This document shows, piece after piece, positions 48,701 to 60,200 of a DNA stretch of 64,000 nt (its first letter is position 1; each line of letters begins with the position of its first letter). Origin of the DNA: Octopus bimaculoides. Lineage: Eukaryota. The notes under the pieces were generated by a model. That model was not told where the DNA came from and did not search any database. It was given only the letters and a program-made list of their open reading frames with translations. The translations under genes were made by a program, and so were the position numbers. Where the stretch lies: positions 733,550 through 797,549 of the forward strand of contig NC_068989.1 of assembly GCF_001194135.2 (NCBI RefSeq). Direction: 5' to 3'.

Positions 48701-51543
48701 TGGTGGAATTATTCCAGGAGTCTAGAAGGAGTATAGAAGAGAGAATAAAAAAGGATTTATAAACAGATATTTTTGTTTCATTATTGATTTGTCTTTGAGA
48801 TGAGATCCAAAACTAAACTACCAAAAGACTTTACCATCTTTTGAATCCTGAGAGAATCCTTAAAGATATTTCTGAATTCAGTGTTCTGTCTTTATTCTCT
48901 GTGCTCTCAAGGAATATGAAAGATTCAACAATGTTCAGAAGATTACCTTTCACATGTTTTGGGTTGCTGCACAACTTGACCAGGCAGAGACACAAAGTTT
49001 TCTTTAAATTTCTAGACAAACCATAGATGTCACCTGCTGAATCAAATGCAGAAATCAATGATTGCGATCCATGCTCTATATATGACTGGCAACGTGTCAG
49101 TCATTAGCAGTCTCTTATTTGCTCTTAAATTTGATCCTTACTAAATTAAAGACACTTCTTACATATATCCCCATGTTTTGGTCTTAGAGAGTGTGATAGA
49201 ACTTGGAAACAAAATACAACACAAAGACAGTAGGCGCATCAAGGTGTCCCTGTTTCACACTACTCTGCTAAAAACCTTCCTGACGACTGTCTTTGTAATC
49301 CCCCAAAATATCGTAACCATTTGTCCAGCCCTCTGGCTGTGAAGAGGGAACAGACATAATGCCCATAGCAAATCTGCCCATCTACTATGGGAAATAAAAG
49401 GATAGTATCGCAAGTCTAAATCCTCTGAATTCATGAACTATATGAAAGGTGATTTATTAATTCAAAACTCAATATTCCAATAAATAATCATACTTTTTCA
49501 CATTTTTTTCACTAAAAACCTTCCTGATTACCTCCTTTGTAATCCCGATAAACATCATGACCATTTGTCCAGCCGTTTGACCGCGAAAAGAGAAGAGACA
49601 GACAGATGGCTGGACATAATGCCCATTGTAGTAAGATAAATAGAGAACTAACTAAACCACAGACATTTCCAGATGAATCTTCAAACAAAACAAAAAATTA
49701 TTTTCATCAGACTCCTGATTATCAATGCCATTCAGATTCTTTAAAAGTTCCTTATTCCAAGGGGCCTGTCCCACATCTCTATGAACCTGTCACAATCAAG
49801 AATACACACACACACACGTACACTTATGTTCCAAAGACAATCTCATATCTACTGTTGTTGTAATGAATTTAGTTTTACCTCATTATCAAGATTTTTGTCC
49901 AAAGTCATAAAGATATCCTTAATATCCCATTCATTAACAATTACTTTGTCAAACAGGAGGAGATGGTCTTCTTCACTTAGTTCAGGATCCTGTAGGAAGG
50001 AGAACCATTAATACAATTATCAATAATAATTAACAAATTAAAAATAATAATGATGATGACTTCTTACCACAACAGAAGGCAACCCATTCAGTGTACTCTA
50101 ATTCTATGGGGAGTGTTACTGACCCAAAATGGGAGAAGAACATTGAAGGATAAAGCTAATTACTTTATCTGGTCTGGAATCCTTGCAAATCTGGAGAAGA
50201 TGAAATTCAGAATCAATCATACAGAAAACAGATTCCATCACGCATCGGTGGGTCCTTTCAAACTGACCGAGCAGATCACAAATTTAAGTTTTGTTCTCCA
50301 CTCTCTTCCTTCATCAACATCCTTGCTGCTCCTATACAACATCCACTCTCACACAAATGACACTTTATCCCTCCTTAACATTTTCCAGTTATGCATTATC
50401 CACTTGCAACCTAGACACCACACATCACACACACACACACACACACATACTTCCTGAACAAAGACTTCACAAGCATCTTCCAGCAAAGATAGACTAAACT
50501 TGTCTATCCTACTTCTATCTAGAAAACATCATACCATGCCTCCGTAACCATGAATCACTCTCAGGCGAGAGGCCTATCAGTATCAATGAGAATCTGTCCT
50601 GGTGGAGCGTATCCATAACTACAACCCAATGATTGGCTCCTTTCTTCCGAGCCAGAAGACACTTCGTCCCATCTGCTTTTGTGATTGATCTGGTCAATGT
50701 AACATATAACAAACTCCTCAATGCTTTTAGAATGGTTGGACGACATATGCATGGAAATGTCAGGTGTCTCTGGTACCGTGGGTTAGGGGAATAGTAAAAC
50801 AACCTGAGATGGCTAAAAATACTGGAAGAGAACGTGAAATTCTAGAACAGAAGAAACAAAACATTCAAAAGACATATATTCCAGGAGAATATTGTTTTAG
50901 AACAGTGTTTGTATTTAGTTTACAACTCACATGTAAAACAGCAATGAACATGTCCATATTGATGGTTCTTCCGTGTTCCGGGTTGTGTTTAGCAATGACC
51001 TGAAAAATAATTTGAGAGTTTTTATTCTAATAAATTTATTGCATTAATTTAATTTATATTAAAACACTAGGCTTAATGGAAATACAATGAAGAAGAAATA
51101 CATAGCCTCTGAGTTTTATGAAATGCCTAGATTATAATATGCACAACCAGGGTCATTGCTGTTTACAATTGTTTAAAGAGATACCAAATATAAATTAAAC
51201 TGAATTAGAAATATTACAACACACATATAATGTTTGTATACACACACACACATCTGTATATATATATATTCATACTCTCTGAGTGGTTGGTGTTAGGAAG
51301 GGCATCCAGCTGTAGAAACTCTGCCAAATCAGATTGGAGCCTGGTGTTGCCATCCGGTTTCACCAGTCCTTAGTCAAATTGTCCAACCCATGCTAGCATG
51401 GAAAGCGGACGTTAAATGATGATGAATGTATGTATATATATATAAGAAGATGGAATGAATAGGCTTTAATTACAAAACACAACAATTGTTTCTGTGCAAT
51501 GGTAACAGCCGTTAGTTACTGAGTTTTCCTATCCTACAATTAC

Positions 51544-51613
<70 letters not shown>

Positions 51614-53765
51614 ATCATTTAACGTCCATTTTCCATGCTGGCATGGGTTGGACAGTTTGACCAGAGTTGGCCAACCAGAGAGCTGCCCAGGCTTCAATTG
51701 TCTGCTTTGACCTGGCTTCTATGGCTTGATGCCTGCCACCTTTCTTAATGCCAACCCCTGCGGATTGGACTGGGTGCTTTTTGTATTGCCAAGCCTGGTA
51801 CTTTTTATGTGACACAGATACCAGGGGGATTGCCACGTGACTTGTGAGACAAAGACCTCTCACCTGGGAAAGAGAAAGGCACTGATCCAGGTGAAAGGCT
51901 AGAGTATAATAGAGGGATAGGGAGAGTTGTCTTACTGTAGGGGAGATGCTTGGGTACTCCAGTAGGAAAAGAGAGGAGAGGAAGGAGAAATAGATTGTGT
52001 TGGAGATGCATCAGGACCTTCTCTCAGGGAGCAGAATTGGCACAGAGGGGATAGATGTTATATATATAGACACAGGCCTGCATGCGCCTACACACATGAA
52101 GGCACATGGCCTAGTGGTTAGCGAGTAGCAATCATGGGTTTCATTCCCAGATCTAGCAGTGTGGTCTTGAGCAAAACACTTCGTTTTATGTTGCTCCCAT
52201 CCAGTCAGCCGTGAATGGGGGTACCTTGCAACAGACTAGCCTTCTAAAACTATGCAAAGTGCATTGTGATCAGTGAATACTTATTACACGTGTTTGGAAA
52301 TACTAACCTTCACCAATTGATCAAAGGCTCTACAAATATTTTTATGCTTTCCGCATTCATCCAATTTCATGCTACAGTTTTGTTTTCTGCCCCTGTAAAA
52401 TGAATGCTTATTTCTTAAACTGTATTTGATCAATGGCATTTTAACAATAATTCAGAATGAGTGGTAAAGATATACTGCTCAACATATTAAACATGAATTT
52501 ATGAAACAAATTGTTACAATTCTATAATACTTCATTTTAATGAGATTACCTCAAGTTTAATCAAATTCTGAGGGAATTTTTTTAAATACAGTCTTTGTTA
52601 GCAAATGCTGCTGTTCTTGTACAAAGAATCTTTGTCTGGTACTGGATCGACATATGGGTAGTAAGAGCTCTGCAGTCTTGGTTGACAATCTTATTAGAAA
52701 TGGTGTCTTGATAAAAATACCGGTTGGTGGTTAACCTTAAAATACAAACTTCACTATTGGTTGGCGAAGGAGTGCTTATAAACAGAAATATGCGTGACAC
52801 CAGTATCTGCCACGACGGCAATTTCGTTTGGCTTGATGGGTCTTCTCAAGCATGACATAATGCCAAAGGTCTCGGTCATTGCCTCCGTGAGCCCCGAAGC
52901 TCGAGAGAAAACAGTTGTATAAAGAAATGCCAACTACTTAATTTGAACAGAACCTGTGAAAAAAGAGGACCCAGGAAGGTGTAGGATGAAGTGGTGAAAT
53001 CTGATCCCAGGATATTGAGCCTCATGAAGAAGATAATATGTGGTACGGTACTTGAGAATACTTGCCCATCTATGCCAGCACAGTGAAAATTAGGTTCTAG
53101 AAACGTGTATGCACACCTCAGGATTGCTCAGCCACTATGTCCTTGTCAAGCTTTCAATTGCTGCTTTCTCATCTTCTCATCTACCTATCACTCATCTCTC
53201 CATCACTTTTGTATTATTCTGCAACTCTTATTAAAGGAGGGCAAAATTACATATCATATAATTATCTTTTATGTTCTGCTAGTCATCACTCTCTCTTCTC
53301 TGAATACTTCCTGTTGACATCTATTCCTGCATTTTAAACTTTGTTTTTCCTCTCTTATATTTGCCATTGACCACACCCTTTCTGTGCTGCCAATAATCTC
53401 TACGTCTCTCTCTCTCTCTCTCTCCTGTATTACTTCCCCTTGACAGCTGTCTCTCATTCTTAACACTGTACCCCCTTTTGTTCACCACTCATTACATTCT
53501 CTCCAATATATGTATAATCATACATGCAATGTGTACTACATTTGTGCCTATATATGTACAATAAGAACTTACTTGGCTAGTTTGGTTTCTGGGTATCTAT
53601 TAAGTTCATAACATCCATACTCTTTGAGTCGGTTCTCCAAATGGGTCCGCATAATCTCTGGTTCATCATCTGAAAACTAATTAGGTTAAAACATTGTTTG
53701 TAAGATCTTTGATTAGTTTATACAAGTACATAATTTATATTAACTGCAATGTGTTCCCTAACTTG

Positions 53766-53805
<40 letters not shown>

Positions 53806-54257
53806 TATTACCATAAATGGTTCCTTTGTCTTTTTCTTCATGCTAGCATAAACCAGAAACATTTGCGGTATGCCAGCTTTCCAAGCAGTTCAGTCCTGCA
53901 AAGTTTATAGTGTGACACCAGTGCAACAGCATGACCATTACCGGCCATTCCATACATTGATTTAGGTGTATATGATACCTAGGGACTATTTAGTTCTGAA
54001 GATATCCAACTTCAGCAAGCACAGCACAGTGCTAGCAACATGACACCAATATGCAAATTCTTCTAATTAATTTTTCAAAACAGAATTACCTTCACATATT
54101 GTAAGCTGAGTTGTCCACTAGTTTGAAGCTAAATAGATATTTCATTCATACTAAAGTGAAGAATAAAATGTCTTTGGAAGAGTGAAAGTGGCAAGTATTT
54201 TATTCATTGAAATACCAAAAAAAANNNNNNNNNNAAAAAAAAACAAAAAACAGTAAC

Positions 54258-54290
<33 letters not shown>

Positions 54291-57200
54291 TACCAAGAGA
54301 AATCCAAGCGTCTTTTTATTAAAGGTATCAAATCTGACTGATTTGTCAAAGAATTCGTGCAATTGCTCAAGAGGACGAAGTCGATTAATGAAATTATCTT
54401 TTGGTGCCATTGAAAGCCACCAACCTGGAAAAGAAAATTAACTTTTAAACAAAGAATTTATATTACAGTAATCCCTCGACAATTGCAGGTGATACGTTCC
54501 AAAAACACTCCATGATAAGCGAAAATCTCGAAAGTGGAAACCAATAATGTATATTTTTTTTTATTATTCTTATAATTTGTTTATATTCATTTCATTACAA
54601 ATGCAAAACAACACCATGGAGGAATTGATATAAGCTTAAATAATAAACCGTGATACAGGAGGGGATTACTGTATATAGAGTAAATACAATTCTCATTGAA
54701 CATTAAATGCTGTAGCTGTGTTTTCCAAAGTTAAGTGGAATAAAAAATCCCTTACTTGAAAAAGTGATGAAGGCTGGCAACAAAAACAACAAAAATATTG
54801 CTTCAATTAAGTACAGAAACATGAGCATAAAATGAATGACTATGCACTGAGGTAAACAAATACACACATATACATGTGTGTACCTGCATAGGTGTGTGTG
54901 TGTGTGTGTGGTATTAGCGATTTTCTAGCACCCATTTATAAGACATGCAGAAAGCCTGGGGTTAGGATTACACAAATACATAAATCACCTGTTGTTACTG
55001 CAACTAGATAAAAGTAAGACACACACACGGGGAAGTATTACACAGGGAGATGAAAGTGTACACAGAAAATACAATATGGATAATATACAATAGAGATAAA
55101 GAAGGTGAGAAAACTTACCCTCTATGTACAACCATTTAATTTTTAATGAACCTCAAATTTGAAGTTTCAGCTTTTTTATTAAGTGTCATTAATAAGAATT
55201 GTTAATATGTGTTTAATACGTATCATCATCCAGTGTTTTAAATCTGGGCTTTGTCCCTTTTAACGNNNNNNNNNNNNNNNNNNNNNNNNNNNNNNNNNNN
55301 NNNNNNNNNNNNNNNNNNNNNNNNNNNNNNNNNNNNNNNNNNNNNNNNNNNNNNNNNNNNNNNNNNNNNNNNNNNNNNNNNNNNNNNNNNNNNNNNNNNN
55401 NNNNNNNNNNNNNNNNNNNNNNNNNNNNNNNNNNNNNNNNNNNNNNNNNNNNNNNNNNNNNNNNNNNNNNNNNNNNNNNNNNNNNNNNNNNNNNNNNNNN
55501 NNNNNNNNNNNNNNNNNNNNNNNNNNNNNNNNNNNNNNNNNNNNNNNNNNNNNNNNNNNNNNNNNNNNNNNNNNNNNNNNNNNNNNNNNNNNNNNNNNNN
55601 NNNNNNNNNNNNNNNNNNNNNNNNNNNNNNNNNNNNNNNNNNNNNNNNNNNNNNNNNNNNNNNNNNNNNNNNNNNNNNNNNNNNNNNNNNNNNNNNNNNN
55701 NNNNNNNNNNNNNNNNNNNNNNNNNNNNNNNNNNNNNNNNNNNNNNNNNNNNNNNNNNNNNNNNNNNNNNNNNNNNNNNNNNNNNNNNNNNNNNNNNNNN
55801 NNNNNNNNNNNNNNNNNNNNNNNNNNNNNNNNNNNNNNNNNNNNNNNNNNNNNNNNNNNNNNNNNNNNNNNNNNNNNNNNNNNNNNNNNNNNNNNNNNNN
55901 NNNNNNNNNNNNNNNNNNNNGATTAGTTTGTCCAGGCAAAAGTTCAGGACACGAATTGCAAGAAAAGAATAGCAATGTGATATAGGACAGTGGAACTTGT
56001 GAGTGATTTTGACCAACCTATTGAAATATGAGACTTACCATCAAAACAATGGATTGGATAATTGCACAGAAGTCCTCCATCAGCATAATGCATGTCTGTC
56101 CCATCAGAAGCATAATATTTTGGTGGATGAAACATTACAGGGATGGACATTGACATACGCACAGCCAGGCGTACTGGCATATTTGGAGTTGTCTTTGTGT
56201 GGCAATATTCAACAGCCATGTGGTTAACATTAGTCACAACCACACATAATTCTCGACCATAATATTTGTAGATCTTGAAGAAGAAAGAAAATGAAACCAA
56301 CATTTGAGTTTGGCATAAAACTTGATTAAAAAGGAAAACATTGAAGATGTATTTACTATTTCAAATTATTTTATTAGAATTTTACTAATTTTTTCCCTTC
56401 CAAACCAACAACAGTATATAATTCCAGTATATTTTAGCAATCTTATAGGAATGTCAAGTAAAATTGATTTTGAACATGAAATAAAGGTGATTCAAACCTG
56501 ATATTTTCTTGTCCTATAAATCAAAAATTGGTTTCAAATTTTGGCACAAGGCCAGCACTTCGATTACATTACTCAACTGGCATTTGTTTTATTGACCCGA
56601 AAGGCTGAAAGCTGAAGTTGACATTAGCAGAATTTGAAGGCAGTTTATCGCAGATGTATTCCAGATACATTTCTTCTTTACTATTTCGATCTATTTCACA
56701 TCTCCCTCTCTATTTAGAAATATTGGATAATGTCATTGACAGATGTTGACAAAATGATGTTCTACTTTAATTTATCTAACTGTAAAAGAAACTAACTTAC
56801 TAATTTGCATTAATGAGCTAATTAAGGCTCATTTATAGTCTCACTGCTGTTTGCCTCTGTGTTGTCACTTAGTTCAGGAAACTTTAGAACAGAAACTATG
56901 GGGTTTAAATTGTAAGTCATAGGACAATATGGAAAGTAATTGCATTGATGACAATAAAAGTTATGACAACTACAATACTGACAGCTAGTGATGACACTGA
57001 TGACAATGATTGACTAATAATATCTATTTCTGTTCTAATAATCAATCAGAAAGCTAGAAAATACTCACCTGCCAGAAAGTAACCTCTGCACTGCCAGTTT
57101 TGTCTTTGAGTACATTTTTAAACCATGTGTCAATTTTTTTGCCAGGATTCCAGCCAAAGTTCTTGATTAGGTTTGGTAAAAGGCTTAAATATCCCCATTT

Positions 57201-60200
57201 ATGATCTACAAGAAAAAAATTAAAAGCAACAATGTGACAGTTAATTATAGTTTTGGTAACAAGGCATATACATCTTCAACTGCTCCAAGAGACAAATGTG
57301 AAAATAAACTTCTCTAGAAATTTAATCATCAAACATATTTGTTGTAGATTCTTTGTTTGGCATATGCTCATTTTCATAAAAAGTGGGAAAATGTAGTAAA
57401 TAATTTACATTATCCTAATATATTACTGGTACCTTTTTTATTGAACAAAGTAGCATTAAAATGATAATTTAGTCTCAGCAGGAACTGAACTTAGAAATAT
57501 ATGAGTTACAATCAAATGTCTTCTAATCCAGCATCCTAGCCTCTGAACCATAACTATTACATTATATGTATACAGGGGACATAGTTGCTTTCATTTAAAT
57601 GTAGCAGCCATATCTTCCTCAACAATTCTTTAACTATATTTTTAAAACGGCACCTCTATCTAAAGACAGTTTGTCTTAATATAGAAGGAGAAGAGCTACA
57701 GCTCATATGCTTCAGATAATTGCTAAGCATTTGATTGGTTACCTGTGTCATGTGACATTACAGAAAGCCCAACCTCATTCCTCTCTGCAGAGGCAGCAGT
57801 AGATTATGACACAACTGGATCTGAAAGCAAAATAAACATAACTACTCTAATGACTATATATCTAATTGTGAAAACCAGTCTTGTTCATAGTCACAAACAT
57901 ACTGAGATGAGGTTGACTAAAGGAGATTGTTTGTTATAATGATTTCCATCAGCTTTGAGATGCTACAAGTGACTATGACATGTTGGGAGTTGGTAGGTTA
58001 AAGGGTTTGCCCTTTTTAGGAATGAGATATAATTATGTCTGTTTCAATAGATTAAAATAAATCTTGTTAAAGAGACAAATATTTGGTGAGGACAGAAGCT
58101 GGCTTTGGAGGTCAACTGTTTGTAAGAAACTGTGAACCAGTTGCCTTATCAAATTTGAGGAATTGAGGGTATTTTCATACTTGAGGACTGTGTGAGATTG
58201 AGGCAGAAGAAGTGAAGCAGTGTGTGTGTGTGTTAGCTTTGTCAGCAAGATTCTACATAGATTCGATTTGGCTGATGAGTGGCTGGTAGAGAGCTTGCAT
58301 GCAAAGAACTGAATGAAGGCATCCTTTACATCCCAGATAGTGTATCTTAGTTCTCAGTTATTGATAACGACTGACTTTTCCCTTGTGTTCTATGCAATAG
58401 GCTTTACCACAGAATCATAGCCTCAAGTGAATTGGAAACTTGAAGTTGTGTAGCTGATATGAAGAGTCATACCAAAAAAGATGCTGTGATATCCTAATAC
58501 TCCATAAATACTAGCATGTGATATCCAAGATTTTCATAAAACCAAGGCTTGATACAAACACAAATAACATTACTTTGATAAAGTATCTTCACCTTCCATA
58601 AAACTATTACATTGATATCCCTAATATGTGAAAGCCACACCCTCTCCAAGTAATTACAGTACAATATTAATATCTGTATTATCCTGTGATAGCTGCATCT
58701 TCCATCAAATTATCATAATCATTTAACATCTCCTTTCTATGCTGGCATGGGTTGGACAGTTTGACAAGAACAAACAAGCCAGAAGGCTCTGCCAGGTTCT
58801 ATGTCTGTTTTGGCCCTTTCTACTGCCAACCGCTTAACAGAGTGGACTGGGTGCTTTTTACATGGTACCAACACCAATGAGGTCACCAAGTAACCACAAG
58901 ATAAGACCCCTCAACAGTAGTCTATCAATATCCCTATTACGAATATAACGGCCACACATTCTGCCAAAATGTTATAGTAGTACTTACCAAGCATCAACTT
59001 GCCAATGTCTTGACTTAAGTAGTCCAAGAGTTCAGTGCTTGAGACGCCAACACTGATTAACGCAGCAACCATGGCCCCAGCGCTTGCACCAGCCAAGCGT
59101 TTTGTATTATTTAATACACCAAGTTCTTCAAGGACCTGGAAACAAAAGAAAACAACAACAGCTCAGTTTAAAGAAAAAAGAGAATAACAATAATAACAAC
59201 AACAGAAATAAATTTATTTCTCAAACGTGTGATAATGCTATAAATAGCATGATCAAGGTAAATTATCCATTTATTGCAGAAAACTATGTTACTGGGCAGC
59301 CATGAGACTCGAACTCACATCTCTGTGATTACGCGTCAAGTGTTTTACCATTAAACTAAACTGCCCAGCAATGAATTCTTCTGCAATTTTAGAACTTATA
59401 ATAAGACGCTANNNNNNNNNNCAGCAATGAATTCTTCTGCAATTTTAGAACTTATAATAAGACGCTAACATTAAATTCAACTTTACGATGAAAGTAAACA
59501 AACAAAGTTTGTTCTTTTTTAGAAGCGTTGAGATATCCTGATCACGCTATTTATAGCATTGTCACACGTTTGAGAAATAGATTTATTTCTGTTCTTACAA
59601 TACATCTCAACGCTTCTAAAAAAGAACACAACCTGCCAATGCATTAGTAGGTCTTTCTCATCTGCTGTCTTTGGTACTTCTTGTCTTTTCTATTGCACTC
59701 AAAGTGTTTGCAGGTAAGAGAGTAGAGATTCCTCCACTATCATCATCATCAACATCATGATTTAACATCTGTTGTCCATGCTGGCATGGGTTGGACGGTT
59801 TGACAGGAGCTGGCAAGGCTGGAGAGCTGTGCCAGGCTCCAGTCATCTGTTTTGGTATGGTTTCTGCAGTTGGATGCCTTTCCTAACACCAACTTTACAG
59901 AGTGTACTGGGTGCTTCTTAGTGGTGCCAGCACAGGGAAAGTACATGTGGGTGTGTGAAAATATTCTAGCCTCCACGACAGTCTCAAATATTACAGAGTG
60001 GAAGGTTATGCTTTAGGACATCTCAGAATTTCAATTGTGGTCTTCCATTGTAACATTTTCTTGTATTTCAGAATAAAAAAACGGTCTCTGGTAGTCATTC
60101 ATTGTCTATCCTTTGGGCACAACCAATCCAGTAAAACAGATGTGTGATAATCATTGCCTCAATCTTTGTCTTTTCTGTTTGTTCTTGGAATTTTAAGCAT

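Noticed and set aside
50050-50802. ORFs of 95-135 aa on both strands in a patatin intron
   Set aside because: No recognisable motif; probably decayed repeat sequence.
54092-54130. Possible 39-nt minus-strand cassette exon (LQTSGQLSLQYVK) in patatin intron 5
   Set aside because: GT/AG and frame fit, but the pyrimidine tract is poor and the protein reads continuously without it (GFLL-FSDD); insufficient evidence.
59366-59467. 46-bp direct duplication
   Set aside because: Identical copies either side of a 10-N gap; assembly artefact.
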